Below are positions 1 to 11,718 of a DNA stretch of 64,000 bases, in pieces (within the stretch, counting starts at the first letter, position 1; the number at the start of each line of letters is the position of its first letter). The stretch spans positions 55,180,001 to 55,244,000 of the forward strand of contig CM060731.1 of NCBI GenBank assembly GCA_030704615.1, in the 5' to 3' direction. The notes under the pieces were generated by a model. It was not told the origin of the DNA. It did no database searches and saw nothing but the letters and a program-made list of their open reading frames with translations. A program made the position numbers and the translations under genes. This DNA is from Takakia lepidozioides (Eukaryota > Plantae > Bryophyta).

Positions 1-524
1 TGGGGGGGGGGAGTTCATCATGATCCTAGTGTGCAATACCCTGTTTGTTATTTGACCACAATAACATTGGTCCCAACATTTGCAATCCTAATGTTTCCAT
101 GACGTGCCATGCTTCATGTATATGTTTCGTTCTCAATGCTGTGACTTTGTCTTCCGAAATTGTGTGGATATGCAGGCCACAATTACCATACATGTATGAA
201 GTGGTTAGTGCTGAATCATGAAGGCGTGTTAATATGAAATTGCATGGATTCTGGATTGTGTTTGGTGTTAATTTTGCATGTCATGGCCTGTCCAATGTCT
301 TCTTCCCACAGGGTGTTGCATCCATTTCATTCATTCATTCCATGCTCGTCATCCTAAAACCATGTACATTACATTGTTCCATGTGCATCCTACGTAGTGG
401 TAGAGTGGCCACCTCGAAGGTTGGCTGATAGACGGCTGCCCACACGCATTTCAGCCATGGAAACAGGGACATGCATACAATGCAACGTGCATGAGAAGAG
501 GAACCCTAAAACCTTTCATCCATA

Positions 525-849
525 TCAAGCCTATGCATACTATCATCCCGTATTCAGGTCGTCGCCATTCATCCCATTCTGGAAATGCATAGGAATCATA
601 TGCATGTTATCATCCGATATTTCGTCGTCACCATTCATCCCATTCATCCCTATCCATGTTATCATCCGTATTCGACATCACCATTCACCCCATTCATCCC
701 ATCCATTTCAACCCTATCCATATTTCATCCATATTGCGCCGTCATTATTTATCCAATTCAGCACATTCATATCATCCTATCCATGTTATCATCCATATTC
801 GATGTCAGCATTCATCCCATTCATCCCATCCATTCCAACCTTATCCATG
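525..849. repeat. Degenerate tandem repeat (CATCCCATTCATCC / TATCCATGTTATCATCC motifs), interrupted by the retroelement and resuming at 9349-9394
   Basis: Repeated units such as atttcgtcgtcaccattcatcccattcatccc; the same unit continues immediately after 9348. Confidence 0.8.
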
Positions 850-1039
850 TATCGTGCGCATACATATCGCCACACAACTACATCGCTGTCCAAAACCATA
901 CAACACATGTGCACGCCACACACTAGTATATCACTAGTCCACCACTAGTGCAGCCACTAGTCCAACCACTAGGCTACAACTAGTCAGTCACTAGGCTGCC
1001 ACTATGCTGCCCACTATGGCAGTCACTAGTCCACACAAT
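850..1039 (-). repeat. Terminal repeat A2 (190 bp; 3' end of the element)
   Basis: Direct repeat of 1336-1525 with about 5 differences by eye. Confidence 0.95.
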
Positions 1040-1333
1040 GCGAGCTCACAAAGCTGAAGCATAAACTCATGCATATATAAACTCATCACTCAAATACAAG
1101 TCAAGCCAAGTGCACCCCACGCCATGGGGAATCCACACTACGGCGCCATAGCTAGGCGCGGTGAGGCTCAACTCGAGAAAGATGAGCCTCCCACGCTTGC
1201 CATGAAGATAACCACTCCAGGGCCTAAATCTGCCTTGACCCCTGGATTGACACTTGGGCCAATCCCAAATGTCAATATGTAAAAGCTAGCTATTTCTTAG
1301 CTAGTTTCACACTAGTGGTAAAATAACTTGACA
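1038..1333 (-). repeat. Repeat B2 (296 bp; internal copy of the element 5' end)
   Basis: Direct repeat of 9053-9348 with about 7 differences by eye. Confidence 0.95.
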
Positions 1334-1335
1334 GT

Positions 1336-1525
1336 TGTCGTGCACATACATATCGCTACACAACTACATCGCTGTCCAAAACCATACAACACATGTGCAC
1401 GCCACACACTAATATATCACTAGTCCACCACTAGTGCAGCCACTAGTCCAACCACTAGGCTACAACTAGTCAGTCACTAGGCTGCCACTATGCTGCCTAC
1501 TATGGCAGTCACTAGTCCACACAAT
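1336..1525 (-). repeat. Repeat A1, preceded on the minus strand by a short G-rich PPT-like tract (TGGGGGCG, 1526-1533)
   Basis: Direct repeat of 850-1039; separated from B2 by only 2 bp. Confidence 0.9.
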
Positions 1526-1744
1526 CGCCCCCAAGATGTGATAGTGACCATAGCCTCATTAAGTCCTCCACCACTGTCCCTACTATACTCAAACTCAATA
1601 GATCAAGAGGCCGGGTGCAAGAGTTGCCCCATCATTAGTCGCCGTCTTGCAACCTGTGAACTTAAGCCTGGGATCTCGTGTATTGACTCCTATGAGCTTG
1701 GCCTCCCATGTCTTGTTAGTTGCCTCTAGTCATGTCCACTGCCA

Positions 1745-2090
1745 CTATCCCAAGCAGTGTGGACATAACAAATCTCCGTCAGGAACCCTCTTAAGAGGTG
1801 GTGTCAAGCATCCCATATGCCAACCTCTTGAGCATCGATCACACACCAGCATGGTGGCTGCCCCTTTGGCAGACCCACAGAGCATGCACCTCAAACCTGC
1901 AGGTACCACTGCCAAGTTTGGGTCAACTCTGCCATCAACATTGGGAAGGTGACATGGCGCAAAATTACGCACATGGTCTTTCCAAGTCATGCCATCCCGA
2001 CCCTCCAAAATCAGGACTCCTGAGGGCAACACCTCTCGAACCCTCAGAATAACACGCCCTGCAGTGACATCCAGGGCCCTACCTGCTCAG
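1745..2090 (-). pseudogene. Integrase C-terminal tail plus PHD finger (3' end of pol)
   Basis: LDVTAGRVILRVREVLPSGVLILEGRDG..WKDHVRNFAPCH, then a C4HC3 PHD: CMLC..LVCDRC..WHMGCL..VPDGDLLCPHC. Confidence 0.85.
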
Positions 2091-2329
2091 TCAATGACAA
2101 GGCCTCATCTTGCCCATCATCTCATCCTCGAGGACTTCCTCAACCTGAGAAAAATCCTCAGCCTCATCCATCACTGCCACCTTGGCTGCCAACTCCCTCT
2201 GAACCTCGAGCACCTCCCACGTGTGCCATGGATGTCTGCACCCCGTGGTCCTCACATGCTCGCCCCCACTCACTGCCTGTACCGTCTCGGTAGGCAGAGA
2301 GACCATCGAGGGAAGTGTACTCCGCACTC

Positions 2330-3300
2330 TACGTTGTTCAGCCATAGTCAAGCTGATAATCCAAGTCAAGCAATTGAGATCCATTGTTTGCCCCAACACC
2401 TGATGACGTGATGCCTCAGAAAGAGACGACACCGCCGTGGTACCAGTGGTAAAACCCATCGCCCGCTCACGCTCGTCAGCATTAGGCTCCACTAACTGTT
2501 GCAACTGAGCATCCCACAGGAGGTCAGGTCCACTATCCCGGAAAGCATGCGATCCTGGAAAGCTGAGCAGTGTAGGTAATGCTGCTTGTGGTTGACCCAC
2601 CCTGTTGACCACTGCCAAAGGCAAACGGTCATCGTGTCTCATACGTTGAGACTGTCTCCCTGTGTCCAAAATGATATCCACTATGAGGTGTGTTGGCCGC
2701 TGCACCTCATCAAATGCACGCTTGAGCAGTACGGGTGGCATCAAGTTAGTCCACCATAGCCATGGACGATGAGCCCGTGATCCCACTGTAGCTGCATCCA
2801 GCAACACTGCTGACCCAAACCACGACCGGACTTGATGCACACTAGCCATCACCCTGGCCCAAGAATCGCCCATCAGTGGCACATTCTCCAAGATGTATGC
2901 CGGAGATACAGCTTGATGAAGCTGCAAGTGGCGCAAAACCCGCCCCATCTCCCAAAACAGACCCAACCTCGAGTCTTGTAATCCATTGTCATGCCCGGCT
3001 GATGAATGCCCTTGGCAGGGCCAACCTGCCACTACCAGATCAATGGAGCCAACCCGCTCCAAATCATGCACCCCCAGCAACAAAATGTCTGCTGGCAATG
3101 CCTGTTGATATCCACGAACTGCAGACACCGGCAACAACTCAGGGTACTGCTGCGCCAACTGAGCAACATGGCAAAGTGAAACGTGTCGTGCAGTCTCATT
3201 CCTCTCCACATACAGGTAACGCCAAACTCGTACACCTGCCTATAACACAACAGCTAATCTAGTGCTGATCCCGCCAAACAAGTCCAGAAGACAAATGTCT
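2330..3300 (-). pseudogene. C5 cytosine DNA methyltransferase domain (DNMT3/bacterial Dcm-like motif order) within pol
   Basis: Motif I LDLFGG, II YVE, IV DLVVAGWPCQGHS, VI YILENV, VIII HRPWLWWTN (RxR mutated to RxW), IX ERERAMGF, X LGQTMD; one in-frame TAG at 3240-3242. Confidence 0.92.
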
Positions 3301-3440
3301 TCATCCGGATACTGGCACACAATCAGTGTGGTATCCAATGGAGACAAGTGAGGTGGTCCTGGTGCAATCCCCGCACTCTCCTCCTCTCCTGATGGTACAA
3401 AAGCCTCTACCCAAGCTTGTTGCACCCGTCAATCAGCAAC

Positions 3441-4100
3441 CTACTGCAAATCTTTGCTCGTACCCCACAATGGAGTCTGAGCAACCATGGCAGGCAACTC
3501 CGCCATACCATACATGTCATCCTGCTCTCCCGGAGGTATGTTATCCTCTGAATGAGCATTGCCCTCTAGCAACTCTCCAGGCCAAGTCACTGCAGCTGTG
3601 AATGCTGCTAGTGTCGGCATCTTGCCTCGCTGGACAACCGCAACTCCTCCTATGAACATCACAGGGAGCTGCACACGTCGGCCCTCCCCTGACTGCCATC
3701 CAAGCCTACAAGAAGCTGACTCCTCCCAAAAATCCAGGGTGAAGCCTATGGGGTACAACATTGCCCCACCAACCATGACATCGTACGAGACCGCGTCTGT
3801 CACAATGGCCTTGGCTCGCATCACTGAGCCATCTGTAGGGTGATCCGACCGTAGTCTGATAGCCAACTCACGTCGTGTCATGCCCCGAGCCTGCTCCGAT
3901 CCTCCCAGAGACGTCTGTATCTGGAAAGGTTAAGGCTCCATATCCGCCTCCGTGAGGCCCGAGCCTGCAATAGCAGCTCTACCCAACATCAATGGCTGAG
4001 CTCCCGAGTCCAACAAGACCCGCAGTGGCCGGTACCTCTTGCCTGCCGGTTCACTCAAACAAAAAATGTCATCCTGGTTGTCTAACATGACAACTCCAAG
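3441..4100 (-). pseudogene. Retropepsin-type aspartic protease
   Basis: RVLLDSGAQPLMLG catalytic motif and downstream YDVMVGGAML; in-frame stop at 3930-3932. Confidence 0.8.
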
Positions 4101-4854
4101 TGTCACCATGGCACGCTCAATGGCTGGCCTAGCTGGCAGCTCCATCAACCTGACAGCTGCAGCTTGCCATGGCGCCGCCGTGGCAGTCTTGACCCTCAAA
4201 TCCGAGGATCCCTTCGGCACTACACCCCCTACTATCTCCGCAGAAGATGAAGTAACCTCCCCACTTTCACAGAGTGTAGCTGCCAGCCTGAACACCTCAG
4301 CTGGTCTTACCCCCGGCGTCGCAATCATGGTAGCCGAGAACAATGGAGCCTGGCACATAGATGCGGCCGCTCCCAGCAGCACACTAGCTATCGTAGCCTT
4401 GGCAACACTAGGTAATGGTGCTGCCCATGTAACTCTCCCCAATGGCATAGTAACCTCCGCCTCGGTAACAGTCGGGCGAGAACTAGGTGCCATGGATGAC
4501 GTCGACACTGTCTCTGCCAATGTGAATGACTGAGGAAGCCTGGCCTGACGGCTTGCCTCCCCACGCTGTGGATCCCAACTCCACCTTTGTACCTCGTGGC
4601 TCAGGAACTCGTGCTGCTCCTCGAGTCACGGCTGCAGTAGACTCCACCTGCACTAGTGGTAGTGCTACTCCGCACATGAATCCCATGCCTCTCATATCTC
4701 CTCCCTCAGGAGCCGGAGGTGGACCATCCGGCCTTGGAGCCGGTACCACCTAAGCTTTAGCCATGGCAACAAGCCTATGCTCTAGCTGCTGAAGCCGGTT
4801 GGCCATGCCTTGGTCAACACCCTGACCTCCGCGTCCTTGGCCATGTTGAGCTTG

Positions 4855-6213
4855 TCATTGGCCTACACCCCGTGCTTGACCACCTCGTCCTCTCTGGGCT
4901 GCTCCCCCTCGCCCCCGGCCACCATTGTTCCCTTGGAACTGGCCTGGGCACAACTCGGGATGCAAACCATAACACTGGGCCTCTCTATGCCCGTGTTTGC
5001 CACCATGCCGACACTGCAACAATGCAGGCTGTGCATGTGCAGGCCCTTTGCCTCCCTCTGGACAATCCTTCTTGACGTGGGGTCCTCCACATGTCCAACA
5101 CACCACATCCGCCCGTTGTTGGCCTACAAATGAAGGGAGAGACCCCTGCATCTGAGGTCCTCTCTACCCTTCCCTGAGCTTCACTTGAGCCCCCTTGTTG
5201 CCTTGAGCACGTTGAGGTAGTGGTTGGCTAGGAGCACCACTACCCCATGGTGTCTCCTTAGCAAATCCCACCATGACCACTCGTTCCTCCACCATGTTGA
5301 GCTCTATCCGCTCTGCCGGCAAAAACACATTTGCTAAGGTGGGTTGGGCCGCTTGTAGGAGAGTTGCATCCCGCACCCTTCTCCTCAGCTCCTTGTCCAA
5401 TATCCCATACCAGAATTGGACTGCCTGAGCTTCCGTAACCCCTTGGGTTACATTTATCAAGCGCCTCATGCGAGTGAAAGCCTCCCTCAAGCTCTCAGTT
5501 GGCTTCCGTTGGAACTCTTGCAAGCTCCGCAACTTCTCTGTCCTCATCCCTTGGTAATTCCTTCTTAACTCTTCGAAGAACTCCACAACAGGGTTGAAGG
5601 CAAGCACCGCCACTGGTGCTGGTGCAGCAGTAGCTTGGGTGGACATCGTAGCTACGGTATCACCAGTCCTACTTGTCTCACTGCTGCTTGCTGAAGCTGC
5701 CGGTGCAGCGACAGGTGTAGCCACTGCCCTCGTGGCTCTAGTGCCCCTAGTGATAGAGACATAGTCGGGTGACCAGTACATCCTCCACTCCTCGATCTCA
5801 ACCTCATGCCCCCACCTGAACTCATGGTAATCATCCATAGGCGGCCCCTCAAGGTGCTAAAACAGCCCATTCAATGCCATGAAAGGCGTAAATAGTTGTG
5901 GATTGCGCATTTGCTGCAAATCACACCAACTATCAAACTCTTGGATAAAATTAGCCAACTCGATGGTGCCCACTGCCCCAAAGTCCCTTCGTGGCCCCTT
6001 GGTAGCTCCATAGATCTCCTCCATTGTGTCCCACAACAATGGCAAGGAAACAACTTGCACCGCCGGTGTGAGTCCTCTTGATTTACAATCCGAATCAGAA
6101 CCTTCCGTAGAAGACACGGGAGGTGAAGGTGGCCTAAACCGTACACCTCGTCTCGTGTACCCACTAGTATCGCTAGTGCTCAAACCGATAATGTCCCCAG
6201 CAACTAGTGGCAC
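4855..6213 (-). pseudogene. Retrotransposon Gag with two zinc knuckles (interrupted)
   Basis: FFEELRRNYQG...LQEFQRKPTESLREAFTRMRRL gag-like helix; CWTCGGPHVKKDC and CRHGGKHGHREAQC knuckles. Confidence 0.85.
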
Positions 6214-6929
6214 CTCCGTGTTGACAAACTGTCACTCAACCAGTCATGAACATGTCCCTAACCCCCTCTCCACAAGGTAACTGGGTAGAGAACCTGTTGC
6301 GGCTTATGGTTTGGAATACTAGGTTCCTAACATAGCCTACACTTGCACCTGCATCCACCGCAAGCACTCCTATGGTTGGCTGGTCATCACCTCCAACCTC
6401 ACCACAGGAGAAACAATGATGGTCTGACTGGTCATCACCCCAGTCTCACCATCGACAGCATGCTCTAGGACTGGCCGGTGATCAAATCCGGACCAATCAC
6501 CTATAAAAACAAGCGCCCACACAAAACTAACATGGTGCACAGTCAAGCATGCAGGTATGGAGGGGATCCAAACACAAGAAATCAGAACGACAACTCCCCC
6601 ATACCAAAAACAACTCCACGGTGTTGCTCCTGCAAGGATACCCCAGCCCAAACCCGGACTAACTCTTGCCTCCACCTACGGAAAGGTCTTGGCCTAATGA
6701 GAGGGTGGAAAACTACGAGGAAGAGAAGCTAAAGCAATGCCTAACCCCAGCATGCCCTCATCCCAACACTTTTTCTCTCCTCTCTTCCCTCACTTGCATG
6801 ACCATGGAAATATCATGAAGATACTCCTCAAACCGCCCTCCACGAGCTTCAAAATTCGGCCTTCAAGACATGCTAGTCCTTAGGCAGTCCACCAGTGCCT
6901 CCACGAGTCAGCACGGGCCATCCACAGAT

Positions 6930-7497
6930 CAACACGGGCCACCACAAACCAGCACAGGCCCACACAGATCACTGGTCACAGCCGTCACAGCCCCACACAA
7001 GGCCACAGCCTGTCACAACCCCAAAAGCCACAGATCACAGCCTGTCACAGCCCCCAAGGCCACAGGTCACAGCCTGTTACAGCCCATCACAACCCCAAAG
7101 GCCACAGGCACAGCCTGTCACAGCCCTACACAGGTCACAGGGGTCACAGCCCCAAAGGCTACAGCCCATCACAACCCTACACAGGTCAGAGGGGTCACAG
7201 CCCCAAAGGTCACAACCTGTCATAGCCCCTCACAGCCCCTCACAGCCCATCACAGCCCTACACAGGTCACAGGGGTCACAAGGCACAGGGCACAGCCTGT
7301 CACAGCCCTCACAGCCCGTCACCGCCCCACAGGCCACAGGGAACAGCCCGTCACAGCCCATCACAGCCCCACAGGCCACAGGGCACAGCCTGTCACAACC
7401 CCTCACAGCCCCACAGGCCACAGGGCACAGCCTGTCACAACCCCACACAGCCCCACAGGCCACAGGGCACAGCCTGTCATAGCCCCTCACAGCCCAT
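6930..7497. repeat. CACAGCC/GTCACAG-based minisatellite in the retroelement 5' leader
   Basis: Dozens of cacagcc(c) units in higher-order repeats; the ORFs here are repeat artefacts. Confidence 0.9.
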
Positions 7498-9052
7498 CCA
7501 TGGCCACTCATGGCAATTTAGCCATTTCTCCAAGGGGTTTACCCACGCCACGCTAGGGTTTGTGTCTCTTGGACTCTGGGTTTTTTTGCACCGAGCTATG
7601 GCGGCTGTGAAGAAATCACCAAGGTATTCTTGCTCTTTTGGCTCCCACACACCACCAATAGTAGCCCTAAGCCATGAGGAAGATGGTTGCCACAAACCAA
7701 GCCTTCTTTCTCACTTAGACTCCCCAAACACGCCACCAAACTCAATGGCAAACAACCAAGCCTTACTGGTTTCCAGCCCTTGTGAGCACTCATTCAAGCG
7801 TTTTCCTTAGCCATAACATCTGTTTTAGAGCCTATTCTAGCCCCCTACATCTGCCACTTCAAGAGCCATGATCTATCTAGGCTTGAGGTTGAAACCCCAA
7901 CTAAGAACACGCTCTACAAGTGTCGGACTGTCACATAAGAGCAGATCAGCCCCTTACCTTCTCTTTTAGTTCTCTAAAGCTTGAAAACAAACTGAAGGCA
8001 TGCTCCACACATGCCCCTCTCTCACCACAAAAGAATCAGCCCCTTTGCTTCCTTTCTTGCACCCACCAACTTGAAAATACAAGCTTCAGCGGGCTGGAAG
8101 CATGCTCCACACATGTCCTACAGGGAAACCAGCCCCTTCCTTCCTTTCTTGCACTCCCAAACCTAAAAGTACAAGCCTTCAACAGGCTGAAAACATGCTC
8201 CACACATGCATTGCCCTCACATAAGGGAAGTCAGCCCTTTCCTCTTCCTTGCTTGCCCTCCAAGCTTGAAGATGGAAGCTTCAATGAGTTGAATACATGC
8301 TCCACACATGCAACCTCTTCACACAAGAGGTATCAGCCCCCTATCTTGGCTCCTTGGCTCCTGGCTCTCTAAGACAAGACTAAGCACTCCACAGCCTTTG
8401 CAAGCTCCTGAAACCCTAAGGCTTACATTTCAGCCACAAGACACTCCTCTTGTGGTGCAAGAGCTCTTCTTCCAAGCTCTGAAACCCTAGGTGCAGATTC
8501 CATGGCCTTGCCGCACCTCTTAGCTCATGTTCCAGCCCTGCTCTTGCCATGACAAGATCCCTCTCAATGCTGAAGCTCGAGATTGAAACCCAATCTCAAC
8601 ATACTCCACAAAATGCACTGATTTGCCCCAAGCCAAATCAGCCCTTTTGCTTGGTCTTGCAATCCTTCACACAATGAAAGCTCGCATTCCCAAGTCCAGT
8701 TCTCAGCTTTGCCACCAAAGCCACTATAACCTGCTCTTGACTGGTCATCTTCCCAAGCGTGCTTGCTCATGCATGTACACAATTTGAAACCATCAAGGTG
8801 TTCTAGAATTACCTGCAGCATGGTGCTTTCATCTCTGAAGCTGAAGATCGAATGCCAAGGTCTACCACCTCGTAACCCACATCGCCTCCGCTTCTAACAA
8901 CCAAGAGCTCCACGGTGCTCCTTGCATAACAACCTGGTTTCTCTCATTCTCAAGCAAAAACCACAAATGCTACAACTAACTTGTATCTGGCACTCACAGA
9001 TATGAGCTCATCTTTCTCGAGTGATAAAGAAGAAGAATACAAGCACAAGCTC

Positions 9053-9348
9053 ATGCGAGCTCACAAAGCTGAAGCATAAACTCATGCACATATAAACTCA
9101 TCACTCAAATACAAGTCAAGCCAAGTGCACCCCACGCCATGGGGAATCCACACTACGGCGCCATAGGTAGGCGTGGTGAGGCTCAACTCGAGAAAGATGA
9201 GCCTCCCGCGCTTGCCGTGAAGATAACCACTCCAGGGCCTAAATCTGCCTTCACCCCTGGATTGACACTTGGGCCAATCCCAAATGTCAATATGTAAAAG
9301 CTAGCTATTTCCTAGCTAGTTTCACACTAGTGGTAAAATAACTTGACA
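9053..9348 (-). repeat. Terminal repeat B1 (5' end of the element, begins TGTCAAG on the minus strand)
   Basis: Direct repeat of 1038-1333; not followed by an A copy or a TGG-type tRNA PBS. Confidence 0.95.
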
Positions 9349-10339
9349 CATGTTTCATCCATATTTCGTCGTCACCATTCATCCCATTCATCCCGTGAGA
9401 AGAAAACTGTGGATGCACTACATGAAGTGAAGGACTGGTGTGGGCACTCTATAGGGTAAGGGCATTCACCATTCCACCAGGGTAAGGCCCCGATGTGAAA
9501 GGTAACCGAGGCTCCAGCTCAATAGGATCCACAACATTCATGGACCCGATATATGCTCCAAAGTGAGCCCCGATCTCTGGCAACGATCGGATATAGTTCC
9601 CTGGCAGGAAGGGTAAGGCAAGGACCCTGGGCTTATGGGTGATACCATCAATGTGACCCCATTTAGGGGCAGTACTATCCCATGTTACATACCACTACTT
9701 TTCACCGGACCTAGGAAGATTATGAGTATGCACTTACATTATAATGAAAGAACACATCAAAGCAAGAGTTACAACAGATTTGGCCTCCTTTGTTCTGTGT
9801 GCAGACTGCCATGTGCCAACCTACATACATTGATTGGCTCATTCATAAAACTTTACTTTGTAGAGTGTACATCATAATGCTCACAAATGTTGTAGACAAC
9901 TTCCTAAAGGGGCAGAGAAGGCGGTCACCAACACCTTGACATGAAGGGGATCATGCTACAGTCTCATGTCCCTGCATGGAAGTCCTCTCCCCTCCACTGT
10001 GGTCTTTCTTGTGTGCATTCGCCAGCATGCGGGTCTTGTGGCAGAGCCATGGAATACATCCGGGATAGGCTCATCTTTCACGACATAGTATGGTTGGCCA
10101 TGGCAAGCGCTCTGCACTTCGAGTAAAATAGTATAGCATATTTCCCTCTTCTTCATGACAGCCTCATTCACCGGAAACCAATGCTTGTTCAGCTGCAGAA
10201 ACAAACCCAATGGACAAGGGTACCGTTTACTCAAAAATAATGAGCATGTGATTAAGTGCAAGCCAGTAGGAAAGAGAACAAATGCAGATGAAAAGTGAGA
10301 AACGTACCGGCCCAGCACCTCCTGCTCGTGGTTGTACAA

Positions 10340-10965
10340 ATGTTTGATTCAAGTAAACAACTATGTAATGTGTCGTAAAGCAACCACACGAGACTTGTTG
10401 GGGGACAAGGGGATACAACCACAGGCGGGGGTTCGTGGCGTTCTTCCATTGGAGGCTCGGGGGTAGAAATCTTTTGTAAAGTGCCTAGAAACGTGCAAAC
10501 AAAGGCTTCAGTATACTGTGAGTATGTGACCTTTTGACACTATTTAAATGGAGGTACCGCTTCCCTTCCAGAATGACGACACTCCAGTGCGATCTGCACA
10601 TGACAATTGCAAACAACGGCATTAGAACATGAATGCACTCATAACACTGAGAATACAACACCGGTGTGTGATATAGGGTAACATGCAGCAGAGTACGTAC
10701 GCATATATAACAGGAATAATCCCCATCACACTGAAGGTAAGGAAAGCGTTTTTGCATCCACTGTAGAATAGAATGAGCGCCCGCACCGGATTCCGTGTAG
10801 TGGTCACGAAGGCATATCCAGGTAAAACTGCCAAGAAGACGTATCTTATTTCTTACATGGACGGGAAGGGACAATAATTTCATTCGCAAATAGAAATCCA
10901 TGACTCTGTCACTTGTCCACCCCCTGGGGTTAATCAGGAGTTCAGCGTCGTCTAGTCTGCGTCGT
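10340..10965 (-). pseudogene. Ulp1/SENP-like (C48) cysteine protease remnant, probably transposon-borne
   Basis: GWTSDRVMDFYL, HWSVVIL, LHLNS (catalytic D to N) and VPQQVSCG occur in the C48 order but are split across frames. Confidence 0.6.
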
Positions 10966-11052
10966 TTCTTCCTCCAAAACCAAGCAAAGGGTTCGCATGT
11001 TGTACAGGGGTGAAGGACGGTAATCTACACTCCTGTGGCTAGATAAACAAAA

Positions 11053-11718
11053 TTGGAAAAGATATCCAAGGAATGTCAGTGGGGTTGGTCCCCTCTTTAC
11101 ACCATTATTCATAAGGGAAATGTGCCTGCCACCCTACCCACTTTCTTCAAACACTCGGACGACGAATCGAAGCTCCTACGAGAAGTCTTTGCATCCTACC
11201 GCAAGGCAGGGCCCCCTATGAAATGCCCGCTGATTTTGCAGGTGACTATCTGGATGTCATATGCCAGTAGCACTGATGCAATTTCTTCATCGACAAACAC
11301 ACTGTTGCATGATGTCATGGTTCAACTTGTTGGAACGCCAGAGGGCAATTCCATGCTCAAACATGCGTCAGCTAATTTCCTGTTGGTTGGTCCCTGCCTA
11401 TTTGCATACCTGCCAGTTAATCTGATGCGTGAGACGAACAGATGCGTGGAGGACTTGTTGCATTCCGACCCGAGCCGGACAGATGGTGTGAACAAGGATA
11501 TGCAAGAATTCATAGACATGACTCGATGGAGAGCTTTGGGGGATTTTGCCATCTGCAATCCAAAGGGTTTTGACACGTTGTGGTGTATTGACACAAGCAA
11601 CATTTCTGAGAGACATGAAGCAATCCAGGACTTCCAGAATACCCTGAAACACCGTGAAGACATTGACATGAGCTGGATTTTCAGCACGGAAGGTGATTTT
11701 GTTCCCATCTTTGCGTGA
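11053..11718 (+). CDS. Hypothetical protein exon (221 aa), unassigned
   Basis: Open 666-bp frame with globular composition; no motif recognised. Confidence 0.3.
   Translation: MEKISKECQWGWSPLYTIIHKGNVPATLPTFFKHSDDESKLLREVFASYRKAGPPMKCPLILQVTIWMSYASSTDAISSSTNTLLHDVMVQLVGTPEGNSMLKHASANFLLVGPCLFAYLPVNLMRETNRCVEDLLHSDPSRTDGVNKDMQEFIDMTRWRALGDFAICNPKGFDTLWCIDTSNISERHEAIQDFQNTLKHREDIDMSWIFSTEGDFVPIFA

Larger units (their letters stand above)
850..9348 (-). mobile_element. Non-autonomous Ty3/Gypsy-like retrotransposon carrying a C5 DNA methyltransferase and PHD finger, with split direct repeats
   Basis: TSD CATG at 846-849 and 9349-9352. Minus-strand termini are TGTCAAG...CGATA (CGACA in the internal copy). 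Repeat pairs 850-1039/1336-1525 and 1038-1333/9053-9348. Coding order gag-CCHC-protease-DNMT-IN tail-PHD. Confidence 0.9.

Noticed and set aside
397-948. His/Pro/Ile-rich ORFs (also the ORFs at 6870-7556)
   Set aside because: Translations of low-complexity tandem repeats
850-9348. Classification as a DIRS/Ngaro tyrosine-recombinase element
   Set aside because: It has an aspartic protease, a Gypsy-like integrase tail, TG..CA ends and a 4-bp TSD, and no YR motif is visible (although the central pol is deleted)
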